Shown in pieces: positions 16,028 to 25,127 of a stretch of 48,960 bases of DNA. Within the stretch, counting starts at the first letter, position 1. The number at the start of each line of letters is the position of its first letter. The notes under the pieces are model-generated. The model was not told where the DNA came from. It did not search any database and saw only the letters and a list, made by a program, of their open reading frames with translations. The position numbers and the translations under genes were made by a program. The stretch lies in the NCBI GenBank assembly GCA_036557385.1, contig DATBHQ010000134.1, positions 1 through 48,960 of the forward strand. Direction: 5' to 3'. This DNA comes from Solirubrobacterales bacterium (GTDB lineage: Bacteria > Actinomycetota > Thermoleophilia > Solirubrobacterales > 70-9).

Positions 16028-17608
16028 GTGGATCGCACACCTGACCGTGGCCAGGGTGGGACCGCAGCCGCCGGGGGCCTCACCGGCACGGTGGTGCGGG
16101 GGACCGCCCTCGCGGGAACCGGCTACGCGCTGAGCCAGGCCCTCACCCTCGCCTCGTATCTCGTCCTGGCCCGGCTCGTGACGCCGACCGAGTTCGGCCA
16201 GTTCACCGCCGGCCTTGTCATGCTTGCTCTGGCCCAGCTCTACACGGAGTCCGGCATGCTCTCGGCCCTCGTCTACCGGCGCGACCGAGTCGAGGAGGCG
16301 GCCGCCACGGCAGTCATCGCGACCGTCCTCGGGGGCTTGACGATCTCGCTCCTTCTGCTCGCGGCCGCTCCCGTGATCGGCACGTTCTTCGGCAGCCAGA
16401 CGATCACGGGCGTCGCCGCCGCGGCCTCGGGAATCAGCCTCATACGGGCGCTATCCATCGTTCCCGACGCCCTGATGCAGCGACGCTTCTCGTTCCTGCG
16501 CCGCACGATCGTCGAGCCCGCCGGCGTACTCGCGTTCGGCATAACGGGCGTCGTGCTGACCGCCGGCGGACTTGGGGTTTGGGGGCTCGTGCTGGCCCAG
16601 TACGCCTCGGTGCTCGTCGGCGCCGCTCTGTCGTGGACCCTGGCGCGCTGGCGACCGCGACTCCGACTCGCGTCGTTTGCGATGTGGCGCGAGCTGATCT
16701 CCTATGGGCGGCACACGATCGCCGCCACCACCGTGATCCGGGTGAGCGAGGAGATCCCGGTACTCCTGCTCGGCCGGTTCACGGGCACCGCCCCGTTGGG
16801 CCAGTTCCGATACGGCCGCCGGATCGCCTCCCTCCCCCTGGCGATGCTGATGGCCGCGGCCTCCTACGTGCTGTTTCCCGCGTTCGCTCGGATCGCCACC
16901 GAGCGGGAGCGATTCCACGCGAGCGCGCTGCGGGCCCTGCGCTGGATGGCGATCCTCGCCTTCGGAGGCGGCCTGATCATGATCCCCCTCGGCGAGCCCC
17001 TGACGACGCTTGCGTTCGGCGCGACCTGGTCCGACGCGGGAAAGGCGGCGATGGCGCTTGGAGTCTTCACCGCCGCCCGCGGAGTCAGCTCCCTGATCGT
17101 GGAGACGCTGAAGGCGGACGGCCGGCCCGACGTGGTCACGCGGATGAACCTCGTCGAGATCAGCGTGGGGAGCGCCGCGATGGTCGCGCTGCTGCCCCTC
17201 GGTCTGGTCGGCGTCTGCATCGGACTCTCGATCGGGTCGGTGGTGCGAGCGGTGTACGCGTTCAATCGCGCCCACAGCGTCGTGGGCCTCTCCCTGGGGA
17301 GCCTGGTGCAGGCAATCCGGGCGCCGCTGCTCGGATCCCTCGCGATGGTGGCGATCCTCTTCCCGCTCGAGGCCTTCGTCGTGCAGGCGGGCGATCGAGG
17401 GACCGCGATCGGCCTGCTGTTGGTGACAGTCGAGGCGGCGTTCGGTCTCGCGCTCTACGCGGGGATCCTGCACGTGCTCGTTCCGGGCACCCTGGCGGAG
17501 TTCCGGAGTCTGGTGCGGAGGATGTGGAAGCGGTCCAGACCGGATGGCGAGGCGAGCGATCGTCCGCGCCTCTCGGCCGGGCTCTCGGCGACGGTGAGGT
17601 CAGGCTAG
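16028..17608 (+). CDS. Wzx-type oligosaccharide flippase (MOP superfamily polysaccharide biosynthesis protein)
   Basis: About 12-14 hydrophobic segments. N-terminal GTALAGTGYALSQALTLASYLVLARLVTPTEFGQF is the typical Wzx/PST opening. GTG start. Confidence 0.75.
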   Translation: MDRTPDRGQGGTAAAGGLTGTVVRGTALAGTGYALSQALTLASYLVLARLVTPTEFGQFTAGLVMLALAQLYTESGMLSALVYRRDRVEEAAATAVIATVLGGLTISLLLLAAAPVIGTFFGSQTITGVAAAASGISLIRALSIVPDALMQRRFSFLRRTIVEPAGVLAFGITGVVLTAGGLGVWGLVLAQYASVLVGAALSWTLARWRPRLRLASFAMWRELISYGRHTIAATTVIRVSEEIPVLLLGRFTGTAPLGQFRYGRRIASLPLAMLMAAASYVLFPAFARIATERERFHASALRALRWMAILAFGGGLIMIPLGEPLTTLAFGATWSDAGKAAMALGVFTAARGVSSLIVETLKADGRPDVVTRMNLVEISVGSAAMVALLPLGLVGVCIGLSIGSVVRAVYAFNRAHSVVGLSLGSLVQAIRAPLLGSLAMVAILFPLEAFVVQAGDRGTAIGLLLVTVEAAFGLALYAGILHVLVPGTLAEFRSLVRRMWKRSRPDGEASDRPRLSAGLSATVRSG

Positions 17609-18796
17609 GTGCTCAATCAGCGCCCCCTCAAGGTGGTCACGCTGGTGCGTGAGATCGGTCCCGCCGGCGGCGGGGGAGCCGAGCGGGTGGCTCGTGACCT
17701 GCTGGTCGAGCTCGATCCGGACCGGTTCGAGCGGATTCTGTTCGTCAGCCGTCCCCCCCGTGACCGGACCGGCGGGCAGGTGGTGTCCGACCTGCGAGGG
17801 CGAGGTGTGGACGTCCGCTTCCTCAGGCGTCGGTTCAAGTACGACCCTCTCGCGTGGTGGCCGCTGTTCCGGGCGTTGCGCCGGGAGCGGATCGACGTGC
17901 TTCACACGCATGCCTTCGGCCCGAACGCATGGGGCTCGCTGATCGGTCGGTGCGCTGGTGTCCCCGTCGTCATCGCCCACGAGCACAACTGGGCCTTCGA
18001 GGGTCGCCCGCTGCGCCCCGTGATCGACCGAGAGCTCATAGCGCGCTGTACCGACGCGCTGATCGTGGTGTCTGAGGAGGCTCGGCGCAGGATGATCGAG
18101 GTCGAGCGCATCGCGGCGGAGCGCCTCCTGTTGCTCCCGAACGGAGTCAGGGCGCTGCCGCCCGGCGACGGACATGCCGTGCGCGTGGATCTCGGTATCC
18201 GCAGGCGCGACCGGGTGGTGGGCACCGTCTGCATCCTCCGCTCGGAGAAGGCGCTCGACGTCCTCGTCGGCGCCGCGGCGCTGCTGAGGCGTGACTTCCC
18301 CGGTCTTCGCGTGCTGATAGCCGGGGATGGCCCTGAGCGCGCCCGCGTGGAGGCCGCCGCCGAGCGGGCCGGGCTCTCCGGGAGTCTCCACATGACGGGC
18401 GCTCGAGCCGACGTGCCCGACGTCCTGGCCGCGATCGACATCGCGGTGATCTGCTCCGACTACGAGGGAAGCCCGCGGTCGGTCCTGGAGTTCATGGACG
18501 CCGGCAAGCCGATCGTGGCCACGGCCGTCGGCGGCATTCCGGAGGTCATCGAGGATGGGGTGCACGGCGTGCTCGTGCCGCCGCGCGATGAGCAAGCTCT
18601 CGCGACCGCCGTCGGGAAGCTGCTTCGCGACTCGGATCGCGCCAGCGAGCTGGGAGCCCGAGCGCGGGACCGATGCCGTCGTGACCTCAGCCTGGGCCAT
18701 GCCGTCGAGAGCCTGCAGGGACTGTACGAGGAGCTTCATGCGCGGCGAAACGGCGAACCCGCACCTGCCGCACCGGCAACCGCTTCGATGCGATGA
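17609..18796 (+). CDS. Glycosyltransferase family 4 (GT-B)
   Basis: GGAERV near the N-terminus. C-terminal SDYEGSPRSVLEFMDAGKPIVATAVGGIPEVIEDGVHGVLVPP is the GT4 E-x7-E region. The start abuts the preceding stop. Confidence 0.85.
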   Translation: MLNQRPLKVVTLVREIGPAGGGGAERVARDLLVELDPDRFERILFVSRPPRDRTGGQVVSDLRGRGVDVRFLRRRFKYDPLAWWPLFRALRRERIDVLHTHAFGPNAWGSLIGRCAGVPVVIAHEHNWAFEGRPLRPVIDRELIARCTDALIVVSEEARRRMIEVERIAAERLLLLPNGVRALPPGDGHAVRVDLGIRRRDRVVGTVCILRSEKALDVLVGAAALLRRDFPGLRVLIAGDGPERARVEAAAERAGLSGSLHMTGARADVPDVLAAIDIAVICSDYEGSPRSVLEFMDAGKPIVATAVGGIPEVIEDGVHGVLVPPRDEQALATAVGKLLRDSDRASELGARARDRCRRDLSLGHAVESLQGLYEELHARRNGEPAPAAPATASMR

Positions 18797-19692
18797 GCAC
18801 CTCGGTGCGCCCCACGGCCAGGCTCGCGGGGGTGACGAAGCGCCGGCTGCGCAGCGTCGCCTACCGCCGTCAATGGTTCCTCGGCATTCGGCGGCGGCGG
18901 CCCGGCACCCTTCCGCACGAGGATCCCCATCCGTGGCGGGAGATATCGCCGCCCCCCGATCGCCAGTGGGCGGACCCCTTCGTCTTCGAGCGGAACGGCG
19001 AGACGGTGGTCTTCTTCGAGCAACTCGACCGCCGCGAGACGAAGGGCGAGCTCGCGGTGGCTCGGCTGGATCCGGACGGCGAGCTCGGTGACCCCCGGCC
19101 GATCCTCCGCGCCCGGCACCATCTCTCCTACCCGTACGTCTTCCGCGATGGCGGGAACGCGCTGATGATCCCGGAGTCGGGCGAGGCACGGCGCATCGAG
19201 CTCTGGGCCGCGACCGATTTCCCGACCGGCTGGACTCGCGTCGAGATCCTGCTCGAGGGCGTGCAGGCCGTCGACGCGACGGTGCTGCATCACGGCGGGC
19301 TGTACTGGATGTGGGTGAGCCAGCCCTCCACCAACGGCCGCCTCGACGCCGAGACGTTTCTCTACCTCAGCGACCGGCTCGAGTCCGGCTGGACCGCCCA
19401 TCCCGCAAGCCCGGTCGCGTCCGATGCCCGCTGGGCCCGTCCGGCGGGCCGCCCCTTCCTCCATCGCGATGCCCTCATCCGCCCGGCCCAGGACTGCGCC
19501 GGCCGGTACGGGTCGCGAGTGGTCTTCAACGAGGTCGAGGTTCTGACGCCGGACGAGTACCGGGAGAAGCCGGTGGGCTCGCTCGGCCCAAGCTGGGCGG
19601 CGGGGCGCAACCTCTGCGCCCACACCTACACGTTCGACGGGGGATTCGAGGCGACCGACGGGCGGCGCCTCGTCTCCAGGCTGCGACCGTGA
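18793..19692 (+). CDS. Hypothetical polysaccharide-locus protein, tentatively GINT1_N-like / GH43-like beta-propeller family
   Basis: WADPFVFERNGETVVFFEQ, HLSYPYVFRDGG, and DATVLHHGGLYWMW recall the family annotated as glucosamine inositolphosphorylceramide transferase-like. Recollection-based and not verified. ATGA overlap upstream. Confidence 0.4.
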   Translation: MSTSVRPTARLAGVTKRRLRSVAYRRQWFLGIRRRRPGTLPHEDPHPWREISPPPDRQWADPFVFERNGETVVFFEQLDRRETKGELAVARLDPDGELGDPRPILRARHHLSYPYVFRDGGNALMIPESGEARRIELWAATDFPTGWTRVEILLEGVQAVDATVLHHGGLYWMWVSQPSTNGRLDAETFLYLSDRLESGWTAHPASPVASDARWARPAGRPFLHRDALIRPAQDCAGRYGSRVVFNEVEVLTPDEYREKPVGSLGPSWAAGRNLCAHTYTFDGGFEATDGRRLVSRLRP

Positions 19693-20891
19693 GGCAGGCA
19701 CCCGACCGTCAGGCGATCGTGGTCTCGTTCGCCAAACTCGCCGGCAACCCCCCAATCTCGCCTCGGGTTCAGCGCACCGCGCACCTGACCGCCGCCCTGG
19801 AGCGGGAATTCGATTTCCACGTGACGCGAGTGCCCGAGCAACTCGACAGCGCGGGTCTCGGCGGCGGACTGGTGCCCAGAGGTCTCGCTCGCAAGGCGCT
19901 CCGCCCGCTGGTGCTCGACCACCTCGAGATCCCGGCGCGGGTGGCGATGCGCGGGTGGCGACCATCGGGTGAAGGCGCGCTCTTGATCGGCTGGCCGTAT
20001 TCCCCGATCTACGTCGCCGCGTCGCGCCTCGTCGCCGCCCGAGTTCCGTACGTGGTCGACGTCGGAGATCCGTGGGTGCTGACCGAGCCGGCGCCCTGTC
20101 CGTGGCCGCGTCGCCTCTCGCTTCTGCGGGCCGAGGCCGCCGAGAGTTTCCTCTGGCGTCATGCCGCCGCGGGAGTGGTCACCACCGAGACCCAGGCGCG
20201 CGGTCTGCGGGCGCTGTTTCCCGATCTCGAGCTGCTGGTGCGGCCGAATGGCTACCTGGCGGCCGAAGGGCCCGGATGGAGGGAGGCACCGAGCCGGGCG
20301 AGCGCCGAGGGCGAGCTGCGGCTCGTCCACTTCGGCTCCATCAACTCCGCCAGGGCGCCGATCGGCAAGTGGCTCTCGGCACTTCCCGCCGCGGCGGGAG
20401 TCAGGCACGTGCTGTTCGCCAACTATGGGGCCGTGAACCATCCCGAGCTCGTCAGGGCGGGACACCCCGCCGTCACCTTCGAGGCCCACGATCCCGTCGA
20501 TTGGGGGCGCGCGTGCCAGATCGCTCGCACCTTCGACGCGGCGGTGGTGGTCGGGAACACCGACCCGGCCAAGCTGCCGAGCAAGGCGATTCAGTACCTG
20601 ACCCTGCCGGTCCCCCGGGTCGCGCTCACCGTGAGCGGAGGTGGAGGCGAGTTGGCCGCCTTCGCGGAGCGGCGGCCGGGTTTCGTCCGGGTCGGCCGCG
20701 ACACGCCGGGGGACATTCCGCGCCTGATCGCCCACGTGCGTCGTGCCTGGTCCGACGAGGAACTGAGCCCGCCGGCCGAGGATACGTGGGCCGAGGTATC
20801 ACGGGACGTCGTGCGATTCGCGATCCGCTCCTGGGAGGGGGCGGTGGCGCCCCGCGCTCGAGGTCGGTCGGAGCGGGCCGCGATCGCCTGA
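19689..20891 (+). CDS. Putative divergent GT-B-fold glycosyltransferase
   Basis: GTGA overlap with the upstream stop. Two-lobed pattern (IVVSFAKLAGNP...; LRLVHFGSIN...PSKAIQYLTLPVP), but no clean E-x7-E motif. Function is tentative. Confidence 0.45.
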   Translation: MRQAPDRQAIVVSFAKLAGNPPISPRVQRTAHLTAALEREFDFHVTRVPEQLDSAGLGGGLVPRGLARKALRPLVLDHLEIPARVAMRGWRPSGEGALLIGWPYSPIYVAASRLVAARVPYVVDVGDPWVLTEPAPCPWPRRLSLLRAEAAESFLWRHAAAGVVTTETQARGLRALFPDLELLVRPNGYLAAEGPGWREAPSRASAEGELRLVHFGSINSARAPIGKWLSALPAAAGVRHVLFANYGAVNHPELVRAGHPAVTFEAHDPVDWGRACQIARTFDAAVVVGNTDPAKLPSKAIQYLTLPVPRVALTVSGGGGELAAFAERRPGFVRVGRDTPGDIPRLIAHVRRAWSDEELSPPAEDTWAEVSRDVVRFAIRSWEGAVAPRARGRSERAAIA

Positions 20892-20904
20892 GGGAACCTG
20901 AGTC

Positions 20905-22830
20905 TTAGTGGTGTGCCCAGATCCTCGCGCCGTCAGCGGAGACGCAGGTCGCGATCGTTGAACCGGCCGGATCGGTCGTGCACCTCCACCTCCCGATGGC
21001 GCCCCCGCCGCCGTTGAGGGCGGAGAGGACGATGGATTCCGCCCGGTCGCAGCCGGCCGGCTTCCCATTCGGGTCGGAGACGGTGAGGGCGTACTCGGTG
21101 CCGGAATTCGCCGCCCCGCTGCCGATGATCGGATTGCAGTGCGAGATCGCCGCCACCGGGGCGAGGGAGGCATCCGGGCGAGAGGAGATCTTGGCCGGGC
21201 TCCCCCCGTCGCCTCCGCCGGCCACCAGCACACCGATCCCGATGCACGCCGCGAGCGCGATTCCCGTCATCGTCGCGATGGCAAGACCCGGCGGGTGACC
21301 ACGCCGCCGCGGCGCCGCCCTCGGGCGTGGAGGTGGCGTCACCGAGGTCGGCCCGGCAACCGCCGGCCGGGCGTGTGCCGGTGGCCCCGCGGGCGCCGGG
21401 CGCAACGCGGCGTTCCGGGCGAGCTGTCCGGCGGCGAAGCCGAAGCCCACCAGGATCCAGAGGTAGCGCGGGTACGCGGCGTGCAGGAAGAGGCCGGCGA
21501 CGAGAAAGCTCAGCAGGGCGACGAAGATGCCCTCCGCGAGGAGCGAGTCGGCGCCCCGAAGCGAGCGCCTGCCCCGCCAGGCGCCGCGGAGCGCCAGCCA
21601 GAGGACGGCCGCGAGGGCACAGCCCCCGATGATGCCCGTCTCGGCGAGGGTCCCGAGGTAGAGGCTGTGCGCCTCACGCGGCGACAGGCGAGGGTCCAAC
21701 CCGATCTGCTCGGAGTACGAGAGGTAGTGCCGCGAATAGTTGCCCGGGCCCACGCCGAAGATCGGGTGGTCGCCGAACATCTGCAGGGCGGCGAGGTTCT
21801 CGGACTTGCGACCCTTGATTGCGTCCTCGCTCCCCTTGGTCACCTTGGCCGCCTCCGGGTCGGACGACGACGGATTCGAGAGGCCGATCCGGGCCTGGAG
21901 GCCTGACGGCATGAAGATCAGGCCCGCGACGACGCCCAGGATCCCGATCCCGATCCCGATGTCCCGCGGAATCGGCGCCAGGAGAATGATCAGCAAGAAG
22001 GCCGCGGCAACGGCCACCAGCGCACCCCGCGAGCCCGTCAGGCCGGTGGCCACGATGCAGGCCGTAAAGGCCGTCAGCGCGAGCCCGCGGGCGGCGCGGT
22101 CTCGGGCCGAGAGCGCCAGGTAGACGGCCAGAACCGCGGTCGCCACGAGCACCTGGCCGAAGAAGTTGGGGTCGAGCGGCCCGCCGATCCTGAAGACCCC
22201 GTCGCCCTCCGGCCTCGCGATGGCGAACCCTCCGAAGTCGTTGCCGTATGCGCCCGTGGCGGCCTGGAAGAGGGAGACGATCGCGAGCGCTCCACCGGCG
22301 GCGACGACGACCCACACCGCTCTGCGAAGCCAGTGGGGTCGATCCAGGAGGACGACGATGGCGACCACCGTCAGCCCGTATCCGAGGAAATCCCAGATCT
22401 GCCGCAGGCTCGCGTCAGCGTCCGAGGTGAAAGCGGCTGAGGCGGCGGAGGCCACCCCCAGGATGAGCACCGCGATGAGCTCGCCTGGGAGCGACAACCT
22501 CTCGGTCCGCTCGAAGTGCCGCCAGAGGAGCACGGCGATGATGAGCAGCAGGAGCCCCTGACTGACCTCGGGGCCTCCGAGCGTGTGCCCGACCACCCAG
22601 CCCGCGTAGCTATAGAGGAGGAAGAGCAGGGCGAGCAACGCCCAGCGGGTCGCCGTGAACGCGACGACCACGACCGCGGCGCTCGCCAGGAGGGCGATCA
22701 GGCCGGCGACCGCGGCGACCGACGTCGCCGTCGCGACCCCGAAGAGCACGGCGAGAAGCGCCCCGATGCCCCAGAGCGGGACGGCGATGCCGTCGCTCGG
22801 AGAATGTCTGTTGCGGGCGAGGGCCTCCAT
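20905..22830 (-). CDS. O-antigen ligase/polymerase (Wzy-like) membrane protein fused to a Pro-rich linker, an extra TM helix and a Cys-containing C-terminal domain
   Basis: Multiple TM segments. LTGSRGALVAVAAAFLL and GVGPGNYSRHY...EAHSLYLGTLAETGIIG match the Wzy_C family. ATG 22830 lies 2 nt after the upstream stop. The C-terminal ~170 aa is unrelated to Wzy. Confidence 0.7.
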   Translation of the reverse strand: MEALARNRHSPSDGIAVPLWGIGALLAVLFGVATATSVAAVAGLIALLASAAVVVVAFTATRWALLALLFLLYSYAGWVVGHTLGGPEVSQGLLLLIIAVLLWRHFERTERLSLPGELIAVLILGVASAASAAFTSDADASLRQIWDFLGYGLTVVAIVVLLDRPHWLRRAVWVVVAAGGALAIVSLFQAATGAYGNDFGGFAIARPEGDGVFRIGGPLDPNFFGQVLVATAVLAVYLALSARDRAARGLALTAFTACIVATGLTGSRGALVAVAAAFLLIILLAPIPRDIGIGIGILGVVAGLIFMPSGLQARIGLSNPSSSDPEAAKVTKGSEDAIKGRKSENLAALQMFGDHPIFGVGPGNYSRHYLSYSEQIGLDPRLSPREAHSLYLGTLAETGIIGGCALAAVLWLALRGAWRGRRSLRGADSLLAEGIFVALLSFLVAGLFLHAAYPRYLWILVGFGFAAGQLARNAALRPAPAGPPAHARPAVAGPTSVTPPPRPRAAPRRRGHPPGLAIATMTGIALAACIGIGVLVAGGGDGGSPAKISSRPDASLAPVAAISHCNPIIGSGAANSGTEYALTVSDPNGKPAGCDRAESIVLSALNGGGGAIGRWRCTTDPAGSTIATCVSADGARIWAHH

Positions 22831-22832
22831 GG

Positions 22833-23924
22833 TCAGCGCAGGAAGGCGAGGAATCCCTCGATCAGGTTGCTGAGCTCCAGGGCCGGCCCGGGCAACGGGC
22901 TCGCGTCGCGGCCGCGCGGAGCCGGGCCGAGCACCCCTCGGCATTCACTCCCGGGCCGCAGGCGGAAGTTCTTCGCATTCCGGTTGACGTAGGCGGGGCT
23001 GGCATTCAGGTTGTCCATCGCGCTGAACCCGGGACCGCCGCTGATCCCACCGTCCTCGTCGTAGTGGGAGTCGGGATTCCCCCCGTGGACGCAGTTGCGC
23101 GCGACGACGTTTCCCCTCCCCACCGGTCCCGGCCAATAGGACTGCACGTTCCAATAGGCGGTCGAATTGCTGATCACGTTGCGCGTGACGACGTTCCCGG
23201 AGGAAGCGCTGGACGCGTCGCCCGAGAAGTTCAGCCCGATCGGATTCCCGTCGATGACATTGCGCCGGATCCGGGCTCCCCGTGAGTCGGGCCCGACCTT
23301 GATGCCACGCTCGGCGTTGTCGTAGATCGTGTTCCGCACGATCCGCGCGCCCCTCACGTCCTGCATGTAGATCCCGTGATCGGGAATGCCTCCGGGCTGG
23401 CCGCAATCGTGGATCCGATTGCGCTTGATCACCGGGTGGCGGACCTCCTCGAGGCTGCCGAGGATGAAGCAGATGCTCGAATCCCGGCTCGAGACGTCGT
23501 CGTGGCGGAAGACGACGCGGTCCGCGTTGATGGTGGGGCTCGGGAGGTCGCGCGCGTTGCGCCCGTCGAGCGTCAGTCGCTCCACGGTCACCCGGGGGGC
23601 GGTGACGCGCAGCCGCCCCGCCAGGGTGGCGCGCTCTCCCGGATAGCCGGTCAGCGTGATCCCCGGGGTGGCGAGGGTGAGCTCGTCCTGCCGGTACGTG
23701 CCGGCTCGGAGGCAGCCCGTCTCGCCTGGCGCGAGCGAGCTCACCAGCCTGCGTGCCGTCGCGTAGGGCGTCGCGGTGGTCCCGGAGGCGGAGTCGTCGC
23801 CGCTCGGGGCGGCCACCTTGTCGCAACCTGCCCCGGCCGCGGTCGAGCGGGAGGACGGCAAGGCGAGGACGAGAGCCGCGACGAGGCCGAGGCACACGAA
23901 CACCGATGTGAGCGGCTTCACCAT
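22833..23924 (-). CDS. Secreted right-handed parallel beta-helix repeat protein (pectate-lyase-fold; possible glycan lyase, hydrolase or epimerase)
   Basis: Signal peptide VFVCLGLVAALVLALP. Repeated V.RN.I.DN / I.RN.I.GN rungs: IKRNRIHDC, IVRNTIYDN, IRRNVIDGN, VTRNVISNS, VARNCVHGG. Confidence 0.7.
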   Translation of the reverse strand: MVKPLTSVFVCLGLVAALVLALPSSRSTAAGAGCDKVAAPSGDDSASGTTATPYATARRLVSSLAPGETGCLRAGTYRQDELTLATPGITLTGYPGERATLAGRLRVTAPRVTVERLTLDGRNARDLPSPTINADRVVFRHDDVSSRDSSICFILGSLEEVRHPVIKRNRIHDCGQPGGIPDHGIYMQDVRGARIVRNTIYDNAERGIKVGPDSRGARIRRNVIDGNPIGLNFSGDASSASSGNVVTRNVISNSTAYWNVQSYWPGPVGRGNVVARNCVHGGNPDSHYDEDGGISGGPGFSAMDNLNASPAYVNRNAKNFRLRPGSECRGVLGPAPRGRDASPLPGPALELSNLIEGFLAFLR

Positions 23925-25120
23925 GCCGTCCGCGCCCTTTCCGCCGGTCGCGAGCCGTTCCGCCCGCTCGGCGCGGTGCCCGAGCGGACGAATTCGGCCA
24001 CGCGCCGGCTCTCGGTCTCGACGGTGTGGCGGCGTACGTGGTCCGCCCCCGCCTGGGTGAGCCTCTGCCGCAGGGAGGGATCACGCGCGAGGCGCTGGAG
24101 CTGGGAGGCGGCGGACGAGGCATCCCCCGGAGGTATGAGCAGGGCACGGCCGACCCCCGCCTCGGCGACCCCACCCACGGCCGTCGCCACGACCGGCAGC
24201 CGGGCGGCGAACGCCTCGAGCAGCACCTGGGGCACGCCCTCGGTCCAGGAAGCGTGAAGGAGGAGGTGACAGTCCCGGTAGAAGCACGCCAACCCGTCGC
24301 CCATCGGCACGTAGCCGTGCAGGTCGGCGTACTCGCGCACCCCGAGCTCCTCGAGCCTCTGCTCCAGCGCTCCGTGCATCGGCCCCTCGCCGACGACCAC
24401 CAGCCGCCAGCGGGGCTCCTGCTCCCGCAGCAGCGCGAGCACGTCGGCGAGCAGCAGCGGGTTCTTCTCGCGCTCCAGGCGGCCGACCGCCAGGACGAGC
24501 ATCTCGCCCGAGTAGTCCCGCTCCCTCTCGCGGGCGGAGCTCTCGATCGCACGCTGCTCGACCAGGGAGACGTACATGCCGAGCGTTGAGTGCGCGTCGC
24601 CATACCGGCGCTCCAGGTCCGGCCCGACGACGATCACCGAATGCCGGCGGGCGAGCCACCGCCAGCTGCCCTCGAGAACCAGGGCGATTCGCCGGAGGGA
24701 GCGTCGGTGCGGGTGGCGGCTCGCCACGTATCGCGGCAGATCCTGTCGGGTGCCGAGGATGACTCGCTTCCCGCGGAGGTTCGCCAGCACCAGGAAGGCG
24801 ATCGAGAGAGCGTGCGGTCCCAGAACCCAGACGGCATCCACGCCGTCGAGGACGCGCCAGAAACGGCGAATCGACCTCAGCAGCGCGGGGGCGGCCCGCA
24901 GCGGCTTGGCCAGCGTTCGATACCAGGGAAGCGGCACGAACAGGATCGAGCCCGGCAGGCGGTAGTGCCACCGCCCGGGCTTGGGATCGACGCGTCCCAG
25001 GAGCACGAGCGCATCCACCTCGCCGGCGAGCCGGCCGAGAAAGAGGGTGAAAGCCTTCTCCGCGTACACCCCGCTGGAGTCGCGCCGGTACTTGTAGTCG
25101 GTGTAGACGGCGAGCCGCAT
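23918..25120 (-). CDS. Glycosyltransferase family 4 (GT-B)
   Basis: GRLEREKNPLLL..., LHASWTEGVPQVLLEAFAARLPVVATAVGGVAE (E-x7-E region). Start taken at MRLAVYTDY (ATG 25120), downstream of the upstream gene's stop. Confidence 0.8.
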   Translation of the reverse strand: MRLAVYTDYKYRRDSSGVYAEKAFTLFLGRLAGEVDALVLLGRVDPKPGRWHYRLPGSILFVPLPWYRTLAKPLRAAPALLRSIRRFWRVLDGVDAVWVLGPHALSIAFLVLANLRGKRVILGTRQDLPRYVASRHPHRRSLRRIALVLEGSWRWLARRHSVIVVGPDLERRYGDAHSTLGMYVSLVEQRAIESSARERERDYSGEMLVLAVGRLEREKNPLLLADVLALLREQEPRWRLVVVGEGPMHGALEQRLEELGVREYADLHGYVPMGDGLACFYRDCHLLLHASWTEGVPQVLLEAFAARLPVVATAVGGVAEAGVGRALLIPPGDASSAASQLQRLARDPSLRQRLTQAGADHVRRHTVETESRRVAEFVRSGTAPSGRNGSRPAERARTAW

Positions 25121-25127
25121 GGCGTCG

